DNA of 64,000 nucleotides from a virus (lineage: Duplodnaviria; Caudoviricetes). This document shows positions 26,721 through 36,228 of this stretch, in pieces. Made by a program: the position numbers and the translations under genes. The stretch spans positions 577 through 64,576 of the IMG/VR virus record IMGVR_UViG_3300037502_002621, one strand, 5' to 3'. The notes below the pieces were generated by a model. That model saw only the letters and a program-made list of their open reading frames with translations, did not search any database and had not been told where the DNA came from. Positions within the stretch are counted from its first letter, which is position 1; the number at the start of each line of letters is the position of its first letter.

Positions 26721-27254
26721 TTAATCGTCATTGTCGGGTAAAAATAATTCATTATTAGACGCTTCGGTATCTTCATCAACTTTGCCAACATCGGTTTGAT
26801 ATTTGGTTATATCTTTTACACGCAAATCAATGTATTGTTCTAACTCGGCTTCATCGGCAGACTTGGTTTGTGCGTTATATAATTCCATGTCTAACTTAAA
26901 GTTCTTATCATCAACAATGGTTGGACTTGGGTATTTGATAATGCCTGTGACGACATATACCCGTCTTGCTCCCCAACGATCAACTGTCCCCGTCATATGA
27001 ACCATATCGTTTGGTTGTAGTGTGCCGAAGATAATACGCAAGTGCTTAAAGATAACGATTAACCATTTCTTGCGTTGGTAATAACCGAATTGAACCCACA
27101 TCTCGTCATAGTTTTTATGACGCTTTACACGCCTTATTCGACCATCTCCAGACCAATTCTTAACACCCAAACCTTCTCCTGTTAAATAGAATGTCTCAGC
27201 CTCAGCAGTGCGTGGAAAAAACTTATATTTCCTACCCTTGTCGAACTTAGCCAT
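26721..27254 (-). CDS. OB-fold/SSB-like protein with acidic tail
   Basis: LQPNDMVHMTGTV matches the SSB L.KG..V.V.G.L pattern; tail ELFLPDNDD. Confidence 0.5.
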   Translation of the reverse strand: MAKFDKGRKYKFFPRTAEAETFYLTGEGLGVKNWSGDGRIRRVKRHKNYDEMWVQFGYYQRKKWLIVIFKHLRIIFGTLQPNDMVHMTGTVDRWGARRVYVVTGIIKYPSPTIVDDKNFKLDMELYNAQTKSADEAELEQYIDLRVKDITKYQTDVGKVDEDTEASNNELFLPDNDD

Positions 27255-28977
27255 TGATTAAACTTCCAAACAATGCCATTAAGACATTAACGACAATGGA
27301 ATCACCTGCTTGGTGGTATAAAGATGAATTGCTTTGATTTGGTTGTGCCAAGTCAAACGCTTGATCACTAAATCCCATTAGTCGATAACATTCTCTTGGT
27401 GTTAATTTGCGTATGCGTAAGTTGTTATTAACTTTCTTTGGATCTTTGTAATCTCTCGCAAGTAGTGTTGGCGACAAACCATCTTGATTATAAATGTTGC
27501 CGTTTTCTCTACCATTTGCTTGAATGTTTCCGTCTATCATTAACTTTGGTTCATTTACCACTACACCAACATCGTTGCTGTTTAACAACACATTTGGCAC
27601 ACCTCGTTCCATCGCAGGTATTGTGCCACTTAATCTATCTTCAAAGTAAGCACGATGGTCTTGTGTGTTCAATCTTCCTTTATCATCTTCCCAAGTAATG
27701 TAATTGGCATATTCTTTTGTTTCAACGACTGCCGTCACGCTACCGTGATTTTCCATCACAATGGGCGATATGCCATTAGGGCTAACGATATTGGTAGCAT
27801 TATGATTACTTGGACTATAATTGCCAACCACTACCACACCAACATCATTGTTTTGCGTTTTAATCGTTTGAATCATTTGCTTTTGAACTACACCACGCTT
27901 TTGTTCTGGACGATTGATATACACACCATCGCCTTCATACGCTAATGCGAAACCTAAATTGGTATCTTCGGGAACAACGATTGCTTGTGAATTATGATTT
28001 GGCATAGTTAAAGTTTGCGATATATCACTAACTGTGCGATTGTATAAATCTAACGATTGTGGTTCGTTTGAATTATAATCAATCTTATCTAACATTTCTG
28101 GTAAGCGTTTGTCTTGCGACTTAAATACATTTAACACTTTATCGCTAAGATAATATTTCTCATCAACTTCTTTTTCCAACATGTCTTTTAATCGTAATTT
28201 TAATGGAATGGGTTGTGGAAACCGATATTGGTAATCGCCTAAAATACTAATCATAAATGCTCGTTCTCGGTTTTGTGGAATGCCATAATCTTTGGCATTT
28301 AGCACTTCAATATGGTTAGAATACCCGAGTTGCCGTAATCGTTCGTCCCATCGCTTAAAGTCTTGTATATAACGAGAACCAATGACATCTGGGACATTTT
28401 CCATTAACAATACTTGTGGCAATTCATTACATTCCGATAAAATGCGTTCTACTTCCCATAATAAACCACTACGGGTATTGGTATCACTCATTCCTTTACC
28501 TTTACCAGCCTTTGATAGGTCTTGGCAAGGAAAAGAATAAGTTAAAATATAATCATACTTATTGGTTTCGGTTATATTCAAGTGTTCGGCTTTAACCGAC
28601 ATAATATTAACCTTGTTGTTGGTATTGATAATGTTGTTATAAACATTACGCAACCATTCTTCGCCTTTTCTAAGTAGCGTTTCCAACTTGGCAGGTTCGT
28701 TATAATCAAGCGACACACCAAGTTGGTTTAACCGAAAGGCAATTTCTTCTTTGGTTAATCCTTGTGTCCAATCATCATATTTGCGAACATGTATGTCGTT
28801 ATACGCTTGAATGGAATTAACTTGCCATTCAACAATCGTGCTATGAACGATATTCACACCCAAGTTTTTCAATGCTTGGTGTTGTGATCCTATACCAGCA
28901 AACAATTCGATTAACTTAACGGGCTTGGTAATCTTGTAATAAGGTATAAATCCATCAAAGATACTTACTTCGTTCAT
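27247..28977 (-). CDS. dcm: C5 cytosine DNA methyltransferase (unit A only)
   Basis: LFAGIG, SFPCQD, ENV, PQNRER, RKLTPRECYRLMGF, YHQAGDSI; ATGA-coupled start MNEVSIF. Confidence 0.95.
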   Translation of the reverse strand: MNEVSIFDGFIPYYKITKPVKLIELFAGIGSQHQALKNLGVNIVHSTIVEWQVNSIQAYNDIHVRKYDDWTQGLTKEEIAFRLNQLGVSLDYNEPAKLETLLRKGEEWLRNVYNNIINTNNKVNIMSVKAEHLNITETNKYDYILTYSFPCQDLSKAGKGKGMSDTNTRSGLLWEVERILSECNELPQVLLMENVPDVIGSRYIQDFKRWDERLRQLGYSNHIEVLNAKDYGIPQNRERAFMISILGDYQYRFPQPIPLKLRLKDMLEKEVDEKYYLSDKVLNVFKSQDKRLPEMLDKIDYNSNEPQSLDLYNRTVSDISQTLTMPNHNSQAIVVPEDTNLGFALAYEGDGVYINRPEQKRGVVQKQMIQTIKTQNNDVGVVVVGNYSPSNHNATNIVSPNGISPIVMENHGSVTAVVETKEYANYITWEDDKGRLNTQDHRAYFEDRLSGTIPAMERGVPNVLLNSNDVGVVVNEPKLMIDGNIQANGRENGNIYNQDGLSPTLLARDYKDPKKVNNNLRIRKLTPRECYRLMGFSDQAFDLAQPNQSNSSLYHQAGDSIVVNVLMALFGSLING

Positions 28978-29207
28978 TCGTTTGTTCCTAACCATTTCGT
29001 AAAGTCATTGATGGTCTTAAATGTAAATGGTGCTAAATCGTTCATTGGGAACTCAACGATAATTACCCCACTACTTAATTCACGAATCTTGGCAATCCGT
29101 TTGAACAAGATACAGTTAATCACATAACCTTCTAATCCATCTCGGTTATAAGAGCAACCAATACCCTTTTGTTTTAGTATTGGCATTATGACGCTTTCTT
29201 TGACCAT
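28974..29207 (-). CDS. Hypothetical protein
   Basis: 77-aa ORF conserved in B. Confidence 0.65.
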   Translation of the reverse strand: MVKESVIMPILKQKGIGCSYNRDGLEGYVINCILFKRIAKIRELSSGVIIVEFPMNDLAPFTFKTINDFTKWLGTNE

Positions 29208-29638
29208 AATTCAACTTCCACCCTTTCGGTAAAAGAATAACACTTTTCGACAATAAGTTCAACTACTTGTGAATCATCGTGCCAAGCAACACCATTTAAT
29301 GCGTCTAATATCGCTTTGGCAATATTGTCTAAATCGGGTTTCTTTAATGGGAATATATACTTCTCTGCGTTTGTTGCTAATTCTTTTTTGCTAATTTTGG
29401 GTTTAACAAAACAAGCAATAACTTTAACACCAATCGGTGTGTTGGGACTAAACAATAAATTAACTTGTTCGTCTTTTGGTTTAATGATAATGGGACTAAC
29501 TTCAAGAAACGAATTGCGAACATTGTTGGCATAATCCACATTTTCTTTTGGCGAATATACACCGATAAACCGACCTTTGCGATATGCTCGTGGTCGCTTT
29601 TGACCAAACGGCTTACCCAATACTGTAAATCTAATCAT
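29186..29638 (-). CDS. rusA: RusA-family Holliday junction resolvase
   Basis: KPDLDNIAKAILDALNGVAWHDDSQV. Confidence 0.92.
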   Translation of the reverse strand: MIRFTVLGKPFGQKRPRAYRKGRFIGVYSPKENVDYANNVRNSFLEVSPIIIKPKDEQVNLLFSPNTPIGVKVIACFVKPKISKKELATNAEKYIFPLKKPDLDNIAKAILDALNGVAWHDDSQVVELIVEKCYSFTERVEVELWSKKAS

Positions 29639-30585
29639 TTTTTTAATCTCTCTTTCTTGAAATCTTCATAATTTACAAAACAACCACAACCACCCATTCC
29701 ATCAACCATTAAATTAAGTGTTCCACCCTTTTCCATTTCTTCACGAATGGATCGTATTGGTCTTTCTTTAATGAATGAATATACTTTTAAGTCATCAACA
29801 ATATGTAATTGTGGAATGTATTTGAATTTCTTTTCGTGCCATTTAATCATTTCATCTTTGTTGTGTTTCAATTTATCTTTCCATTCAGGATTTTCTTTGA
29901 ACTTGTGATAAACTGCGACATAAATAGATAACATACTTTCAATGTGTTCAATTTCATCAAATGTATTTCTATCTGTATTGTATAACAACTTGTAATGACC
30001 AACACCTGCTTTAACACATCTTGCTTTACAATTATTGTGGGCAAATCCTTTAAGATATAAACTTGGTTTTCTAATGTTGTATAACTCTAACAATTTATCA
30101 TAATCATAAAATTCTTTGGCGAGTGGAAAATCACATTCATAAGGTTGCCAATTTGCTTTAATTGGTGCTAAACGATGTAATTCACCAAAAGCAATACCAA
30201 AGTATAATGTTGGATTATCTCTAATGTTGTCGTTTTTAAGATATTGCTTGTTATACCATGTTTCAAATGGTGGTTTCTTGTTGCTCTTAATAAACCTTTT
30301 AGCAACACGCATTTTTAACACTTTTGAACATTCGCCAAACCTATTGCTAAACAAAGCCTTTCTTTCAATCATTAAACGAACTGGATCAATGCCTTCGCTA
30401 TGTTTAAGTAAAGGTAATTGTAATTTATCGCTTACTTCATCAATAAATCTATATAAATCTTCATCTTCCCACTTCGTGTCGGTAAAATATAAGACAATAT
30501 TATCATTAGGAAACTTTGTTTTGAGATGATGTGCTACGGCAAACGATGATAAACCACCACTAAAAAATACGATTCTATTTTTCAT
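29635..30585 (-). CDS. PP-loop / PAPS-reductase-like protein with Cys motifs (unit A only)
   Basis: VFFSGGLSS, FTDTKWEDEDLYRF, HNNCKARCVKAG, GGCGC. Confidence 0.75.
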   Translation of the reverse strand: MKNRIVFFSGGLSSFAVAHHLKTKFPNDNIVLYFTDTKWEDEDLYRFIDEVSDKLQLPLLKHSEGIDPVRLMIERKALFSNRFGECSKVLKMRVAKRFIKSNKKPPFETWYNKQYLKNDNIRDNPTLYFGIAFGELHRLAPIKANWQPYECDFPLAKEFYDYDKLLELYNIRKPSLYLKGFAHNNCKARCVKAGVGHYKLLYNTDRNTFDEIEHIESMLSIYVAVYHKFKENPEWKDKLKHNKDEMIKWHEKKFKYIPQLHIVDDLKVYSFIKERPIRSIREEMEKGGTLNLMVDGMGGCGCFVNYEDFKKERLKK

Positions 30586-30944
30586 AATTCAATCACCTCA
30601 ATTTCCATTTCTTTCTTATCGCCAACCATTTTGGCAATGGCAATATTAGCAACTTGACTAATGTCCCAATAAGCGATGTCTTTAAGTGTTTCAACCACAA
30701 AATCGGCTATGGGTATAATTTTATTGTTAGAATACGAGAACTTAAAATCATTGGCAAACTTGGAACGCTTTTGTTGTTGATCATATAAGCGTATGTTTAT
30801 CGAAACCAACTTCGTGGTGTTAATCTTCTTAAAATCATTTTTAGTAAATTGCTTAATGATTTCATTGGTTAATAACTTACGGAACTCTGGTCTATCAATC
30901 GACATCTTCTTATAGTAATGCCAAAACGATATGTTAATGGTCAT
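30582..30944 (-). CDS. Degenerate RusA-like paralog
   Basis: IADFVVETLKDIAYWDISQV..IEVIEL aligns with the RusA C-terminal half; DxD absent. Confidence 0.55.
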   Translation of the reverse strand: MTINISFWHYYKKMSIDRPEFRKLLTNEIIKQFTKNDFKKINTTKLVSINIRLYDQQQKRSKFANDFKFSYSNNKIIPIADFVVETLKDIAYWDISQVANIAIAKMVGDKKEMEIEVIEL

Positions 30945-31267
30945 TTTTTTAATCTTTCTACGGCACGAATGGTGGTAATCGTTCTAAACTCGATGTCTGC
31001 CATAAGTTCCATAAACTCTTTGCGTGATTTTAGTTTATTAACCCCTACATGTTGCCCACCACTTTGTAATGCGATGGCAACTTCATAGTTGTTATTGTTT
31101 GTGTTTTGGACTAAACGCACACCATAAACATTGTTAAACTTATCTTCAAAAACTAAATGTCGAGCATAATAATCCCATTGTTGATTCTTGTATTTATCAG
31201 ATTTTAAGACCAACATCGCAATAGACGACAACAACTTAACCTTGCGTTCTAATTTGGTTTCTTTCAT
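30941..31267 (-). CDS. Hypothetical protein
   Basis: 108-aa ORF conserved in B. Confidence 0.7.
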   Translation of the reverse strand: MKETKLERKVKLLSSIAMLVLKSDKYKNQQWDYYARHLVFEDKFNNVYGVRLVQNTNNNNYEVAIALQSGGQHVGVNKLKSRKEFMELMADIEFRTITTIRAVERLKK

Positions 31268-31707
31268 TATTCTTCCTTGATGAATATACCATTCACCAAT
31301 TTACCCTTTCTATCTTTGATTTCGTGATACACAGAAGCAATACACGATTCAATGTCTAATCCTAATTGTTGCGACAATATCGTTAGCACAACATAGATGT
31401 CGCCAACGGAATCAATAATAACTTCTCGCTTGTTCTTGGCAATACCACTCGCTAATTCGCCTACTTCTTCCATTAACTTTACTAATTGTTTGCTTGGGTC
31501 ACCTTTATCTAACCCACGATCCTTTGCCCATTGTCTAATTAAATCGGTAGTATTTGCTTCCATTAAAATTGTTTCGTAAGAAAGTTTTTTATTGATTTTT
31601 TGTTTTGGTTTCTTAAACTTTGGAATATCAGGAAATGATTGTTCAATTACACTTTCAATATCTTTTGCTATTTTTTTAACTTCTTTTTTAGTAAGTTTCT
31701 TAATCAC
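31267..31707 (-). CDS. MazG-like nucleotide pyrophosphatase (unit A only)
   Basis: WAKDRGL..QLVKLMEEVGELA..DSVGD..EIKDRKGKLVNGIFIKE. Confidence 0.88.
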   Translation of the reverse strand: MIKKLTKKEVKKIAKDIESVIEQSFPDIPKFKKPKQKINKKLSYETILMEANTTDLIRQWAKDRGLDKGDPSKQLVKLMEEVGELASGIAKNKREVIIDSVGDIYVVLTILSQQLGLDIESCIASVYHEIKDRKGKLVNGIFIKEE

Positions 31708-32930
31708 TTAGTTAATTCCTTCCATTGTTTCCAATCGTCTTTAATGTGCTTGAATTGGATTATTGATTCAGGAACAATGCGAGTAATCGTGCCTAATGAA
31801 TCAACTTCTACGGTCACAACCCACGCACCACTTGTGTTTTGAATACGCTTACCTTTTTCCCAGTCCGATTGACTATGTGTCGATGGAACTTCAAAGTAAT
31901 GGACATTACGATACATAAAGTATAACGACTTGTGGTGATGTCCAACAAAGATAATGTTTGGTTTATCGCCACCATTTAGTGAGTCTAAATACTTTTGACC
32001 ACCATAAGATAACGCATATGACGAACCATCTTGTGGGTGGAACAATTCCATCTTGGCATGTTCGCCTAAACGAATAACTGCTGTATTGATACCCAAGTAT
32101 TTCATATCGGCTCGTTGCGATTCAATACCTTTACCAATATTCGCACCACCATTTTGAATGTGGAAGTGATCGTGGTTGCCTGTAATAAAGTAAGTGGTAA
32201 TACCATCACGCTTTGGGTAATGCTTAACGATATGTTCTAATTGTTCGTCAAACGATACAGCGTGTAATGAGAATTGATGGTCAGGTCTGCTACGCTTCCA
32301 ACCTTCACTGATGTCGCCACAATGATAGATAGTCGTAATGCCTCTACGGACTGCGTAGTCATACAAGTAATGTAAGAACGATGTTTGTTCATTAACCGAA
32401 CCCATGTGTGAATCCGATAACACCATAAAGGTATATTGGTTAGTAGCACCCACTGCGTGTTCATATTCTTTGCGTTCTTGTTTAAGAATCGTATCAACAG
32501 CATATCGTAATGTGCCATCTGCTTCTTGTAGTTTCTTAATTTGATAAATGCCATCGTTGGCAATTTCTTCAACGATACCCATTGTCGCATACTTGTCTAA
32601 ATTAACACGACCCATAAGTTCGTTAATGGAACGAGAACCACTTTTTAGATAAGTGATAATCTTTTCTTTAATCGGTGCGACACTCTTGTCTTGTTGGTGT
32701 GAGCGATATGATTTCGCCCATGTTCCACCTTGATAACCACTTTCCATTTTGTTGATAAAAGCAACGGCTCTTTGATACCGTCTTTTCCAAACTTTACGAC
32801 CAACGGACTCTTTGAACACTTCATTTAATTTTTTTGAAGCACTAATCCAAGAAATCAATTTTGTCTTAGGGTCTTTGAATCCTTCGGACACTTCAATTAA
32901 CAATTCTCTTTGTGTTGTTGCGTTATACAT
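31704..32930 (-). CDS. Calcineurin-like metallophosphoesterase with N-terminal extension
   Basis: SDSH, HCGD, GNHD, GHHH motifs. Confidence 0.88.
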   Translation of the reverse strand: MYNATTQRELLIEVSEGFKDPKTKLISWISASKKLNEVFKESVGRKVWKRRYQRAVAFINKMESGYQGGTWAKSYRSHQQDKSVAPIKEKIITYLKSGSRSINELMGRVNLDKYATMGIVEEIANDGIYQIKKLQEADGTLRYAVDTILKQERKEYEHAVGATNQYTFMVLSDSHMGSVNEQTSFLHYLYDYAVRRGITTIYHCGDISEGWKRSRPDHQFSLHAVSFDEQLEHIVKHYPKRDGITTYFITGNHDHFHIQNGGANIGKGIESQRADMKYLGINTAVIRLGEHAKMELFHPQDGSSYALSYGGQKYLDSLNGGDKPNIIFVGHHHKSLYFMYRNVHYFEVPSTHSQSDWEKGKRIQNTSGAWVVTVEVDSLGTITRIVPESIIQFKHIKDDWKQWKELTK

Positions 32931-33190
32931 TATTCATTTCCTTTTATTTCTTTTAATTGTTGGGACACTGCTTCAATTATACTACTATTGACGATGGTGA
33001 TGGGGTTCGGTGTTTCAGAATGTATTTTGTAAAATGATACATCGACACTCTTTTTATATTTATCAAAAATAATCCGTAATCCATCATCTTCGTTTTCATA
33101 CGACACATAAGTTTCAAAGTTTTTTAACACACGATCACTACCTTCTCTAATCTTATAACCTAAACGGCTAAACATTTCCTTTGCGTTCAT
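32930..33190 (-). CDS. Hypothetical protein spanning the nominal A/B boundary
   Basis: 86-aa ORF coupled on both sides; the joint is seamless. Confidence 0.7.
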   Translation of the reverse strand: MNAKEMFSRLGYKIREGSDRVLKNFETYVSYENEDDGLRIIFDKYKKSVDVSFYKIHSETPNPITIVNSSIIEAVSQQLKEIKGNE

Positions 33191-33465
33191 TATTTTTTCT
33201 CCTTTAATGATTCAATCTTAAACATAAAGTAATTCGAGGTCATAAACACATAACTTGTTTTGAACTTTTCACTAAACTCATCAAAACCATCATAGTCTTT
33301 GTTCTTTTGTAAATCTTCCCTTACTTCAAAGTAAAGTTGCGTTGCTTCAAGGATTACTTCTTCTGCCTTAACTAAATCGTTTGAGTAATACATAAATCTA
33401 TCTTCAAGTTCGGTCATAATTTTCCACGCTTCTGCGAATAAATCGTCAAGTTGTTTTGAAAACAT
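33190..33465 (-). CDS. Hypothetical protein
   Basis: Homolog of 54..329. Confidence 0.7.
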   Translation of the reverse strand: MFSKQLDDLFAEAWKIMTELEDRFMYYSNDLVKAEEVILEATQLYFEVREDLQKNKDYDGFDEFSEKFKTSYVFMTSNYFMFKIESLKEKK

Positions 33466-33466
33466 A

Positions 33467-33913
33467 TTATTTAATTTCCTTTTCATATTCATTGACGAAT
33501 GTTTCATAGTAATCTCTTGCCATCGAATCACCAAATACTAATTTCATTTGACCATTTAGTTTTGCTTTATGGTCTTTCCACGCCAAGCGTTTAATCATAC
33601 CTTTAAGCGATTTCCAACGACTTAATGAATATTCACGATATTCTTCTTCATTAGCAATCTTCACACCATTGGCATTGGTTAAAATAATCTTTTGAATCTC
33701 ATACGATTCGTTTAAGTGGCGAATGTCTAATGCGATTTCCATGCGTGTAATTGAATCGTGAAACACGGCTTCGTCTTGTGTGAATTGCGTATATACATTT
33801 GGGAAGTTCGTATTAAAATACCTTGCGATTTCTCTTTGGGTAATCCATTGATCGCCCAATTCCTTTAAGTAATCGTATAGTCTCCATTGTCGGCTCGTTA
33901 GTGTAATTGGCAT
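33467..33913 (-). CDS. Putative winged-HTH DNA-binding protein
   Basis: Identical protein to 331..777. Confidence 0.6.
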   Translation of the reverse strand: MPITLTSRQWRLYDYLKELGDQWITQREIARYFNTNFPNVYTQFTQDEAVFHDSITRMEIALDIRHLNESYEIQKIILTNANGVKIANEEEYREYSLSRWKSLKGMIKRLAWKDHKAKLNGQMKLVFGDSMARDYYETFVNEYEKEIK

Positions 33914-33947
33914 ATGATTTCCTTTCTTTGCCTATACAGATGATAAC

Positions 33948-34187
33948 TTAATCTCGTATCGGGGTCAAGTCTTGAAAGAACAAATCTTCAATGACTGTGT
34001 TTTGAATAAAAGTGATAGTTCGTTCAATGCGTTCTAACATCGCATATATTTTCTTATCTCGTTCTCGACTTTGTGGTTGTTCCGTTAATACCAAGATAGA
34101 ATTGAAGTCATCACTCATTAACTTACTACTAACGGCTAACTTTGCGAGTGCCGTTTGTTGCTTTTCGAGTTCTTCTTCTGGACTCAT
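33948..34187 (-). CDS. Hypothetical protein
   Basis: Homolog of 818..1057. Confidence 0.65.
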   Translation of the reverse strand: MSPEEELEKQQTALAKLAVSSKLMSDDFNSILVLTEQPQSRERDKKIYAMLERIERTITFIQNTVIEDLFFQDLTPIRD

Positions 34188-34329
34188 ACAAACCTTTTAA
34201 CCTTTCTTTATATTGCTTAATTTCTAACTTTAACAACTCTGCCGAACATTTGTTGTATTGTTCAATCATCTCGCCTATCGTTGCTTCGACAAACGAGATT
34301 TCTTGTTCTAAATCTTTTTTCATTTCCAA
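34129..34329 (-). CDS. Hypothetical protein
   Basis: Homolog of 999..1199. Confidence 0.55.
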   Translation of the reverse strand: MEMKKDLEQEISFVEATIGEMIEQYNKCSAELLKLEIKQYKERLKGLYESRRRTRKATNGTRKVSR

Positions 34330-34589
34330 TATAATTCCGTTCTAATGTATTCGTCAATCACTTGGTGTAATGCGTAATTGACTAACATCAACTTTGTAAT
34401 ATTCTTACCCGACTTAACATAGGTCGCATATTGGTTAAAGTGGTTATTAAACTCAATGACTTCGGTAAATTGTTCGCTTAGAATATGATTCCAAACGATT
34501 GTCCCCATGTTATTAACCACTTGGACAAAACCCATTTGCTTTAACTTTTCACTTGGTTTCATTTTAGATACCAATATAGTTGTCGTCAA
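34320..34589 (-). CDS. Hypothetical protein
   Basis: Homolog of 1190..1459; start set by homology. Confidence 0.65.
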   Translation of the reverse strand: MTTTILVSKMKPSEKLKQMGFVQVVNNMGTIVWNHILSEQFTEVIEFNNHFNQYATYVKSGKNITKLMLVNYALHQVIDEYIRTELYWK

Positions 34590-34926
34590 ACGATTCATAT
34601 TGCTTAATTGCCCATTGTTTAATATCGTGAGCGTATAAGTGATGAAGTAATTCGTGTAATGACTCAATAATTTCTCTTGGGTCAGTTGATCGCACTTCAC
34701 TAACATCGCCACAATCTTCAAAGAACTTTGGGAATTGTTCGCCATATTGCGTTTTCAATTCAAGGAACACTTTATCGTTTTGTTCGGTTGATAGATTAAA
34801 AAAGTCTTTTAGCATTTGGGGAACATCAAAGTTAGTCGTGTTAATGGAAATCAATGTGCCATCTTCATTGGTTTCAATGACGAAGTAGTAGTATTCGCTA
34901 TAACACCAAAATGGTTGTTTTTCCAT
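34564..34926 (-). CDS. Hypothetical acidic protein
   Basis: Homolog of 1434..1796. Confidence 0.7.
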   Translation of the reverse strand: MEKQPFWCYSEYYYFVIETNEDGTLISINTTNFDVPQMLKDFFNLSTEQNDKVFLELKTQYGEQFPKFFEDCGDVSEVRSTDPREIIESLHELLHHLYAHDIKQWAIKQYESFDDNYIGI

Positions 34927-34945
34927 ATTTCGTTCCTTGTCTTGC

Positions 34946-35440
34946 TTAAAAAGGTAAGTCATCATCACTCGTTTCCAATACAGGAACATTTGATGGTTTA
35001 GAAACGGCTGGTTTTCTATCAAACACTTTGCGTTCTTCATCGGTCTTATTGGCAACTGCTTCGGACTTCTTCGCTCTAAAACCTTCGTTTAATTCTTCAA
35101 TGACTTTAACTTCAAGGGCAATTAACTTATTGTAAGACACACGATACTTGCCTTGTTGCTTTGCTTGAATCGTAATGTTGCCAGTGACTTCTACTCTAAC
35201 TTGGCGATCAAGTGTCGTTAAGAAATCAACGGTCTTTTCGTCAAACACTAAAATTTGGAAATAGCGTTTGTATTCTTTATATTCAGCACCTGCCTCACGA
35301 GTTTGTTCCAATAAGAATGAAACAAAAGGTAGTTTCTTGGCACTGGTCGTTAAACGAGTTGGGGCGTATGGAATAGTTCCAGTCATTACGAAAAAGTTTT
35401 TTTCTTTACCAACTTTAGGGTTGTTTTTAATTTCTGCCAT
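34946..35440 (-). CDS. ssb: Single-stranded DNA-binding protein
   Basis: Homolog of 1816..2307; DDDLPF tail. Confidence 0.8.
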   Translation of the reverse strand: MAEIKNNPKVGKEKNFFVMTGTIPYAPTRLTTSAKKLPFVSFLLEQTREAGAEYKEYKRYFQILVFDEKTVDFLTTLDRQVRVEVTGNITIQAKQQGKYRVSYNKLIALEVKVIEELNEGFRAKKSEAVANKTDEERKVFDRKPAVSKPSNVPVLETSDDDLPF

Positions 35441-35457
35441 ATTTCTCTTTTCCTGAA

Positions 35458-35898
35458 TCATTTGAGATTCATTTGTTTTGCTTGTTGTTCTAACAAGTCA
35501 AGTTCTTTATCAAAGTCGCTAACAGTGTTCGGCTTGGAAACATTTGTGTAATCTTCGATATTTAATCCTCCTTTGGATTTAAGTAGCATGTTATATTCAA
35601 CCACTGGCACTATGTTATCACACACTAATAAATAAGTCAATTCTTTTTCGGACTTACCTAAAGACAGATGTCCCGTTATCTCAACGATCGTTTGCTTTGA
35701 TAAATTGGCAACATACTTAATGACCTTTTCATCAAACCCATAAACTTTGAAATAACGGAACGATGTATCACCACTTGGTTGTGCCAATAAAAATTGAACA
35801 TATGATTTGCCACTTTTACTGGTGTTGGCAAATACCTTGTGGGAAATCAACCCACTTAAAATCAATATGTTTTTTTTATTCGACACTTCGTTTAACAT
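35458..35898 (-). CDS. SSB-like OB-fold paralog
   Basis: Homolog of 2325..2765. Confidence 0.7.
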   Translation of the reverse strand: MLNEVSNKKNILILSGLISHKVFANTSKSGKSYVQFLLAQPSGDTSFRYFKVYGFDEKVIKYVANLSKQTIVEITGHLSLGKSEKELTYLLVCDNIVPVVEYNMLLKSKGGLNIEDYTNVSKPNTVSDFDKELDLLEQQAKQMNLK

Positions 35899-36050
35899 TA
35901 TTGTTTTGATTTGTCGGATTGTTCTTTGAGTTGAGTTTCGGCACTTGTCTTGATCGCTTCAATTAACACAGCACTTGTGGCATATGGTAATTGTGATAAC
36001 GCATTTAAGATAAGTTGGACTTCTTCGACTTTAAGTTCTAATTTAATCAT
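35898..36050 (-). CDS. Small hypothetical protein (50 aa)
   Basis: Homolog of 2765..2917. Confidence 0.7.
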   Translation of the reverse strand: MIKLELKVEEVQLILNALSQLPYATSAVLIEAIKTSAETQLKEQSDKSKQ

Positions 36051-36228
36051 GTTCTGCTCCATTCGGTTTTTCCGATTTTAATGCTTCTTCTAATTCGTTT
36101 ATCAAATTCGCAGTAATAATAACTTTAAGTCCCGATTTAAGCGATTTGATAATTTGTCGTTGGTTGATAATCATAATTGAACCATACACCAACAACAACG
36201 CTAAGATAACAATGATAATGGTTTCCAT
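36043..36228 (-). CDS. Small membrane-anchored protein
   Basis: Homolog of 2910..3095. Confidence 0.65.
   Translation of the reverse strand: METIIIVILALLLVYGSIMIINQRQIIKSLKSGLKVIITANLINELEEALKSEKPNGAEHD

Larger units (their letters stand above)
1..33136. mobile_element. Tailed phage genome unit A (circularly permuted, ~33.1 kb)
   Basis: Contains terminase, portal, scaffold, capsid and tail fibre; sequence at position 1 recurs with substitutions at 33137. Confidence 0.95.

Noticed and set aside
33100-33200. Physical junction or terminal repeat at the A/B boundary
   Set aside because: The boundary is only where the window start recurs; an ORF reads through it with no scar
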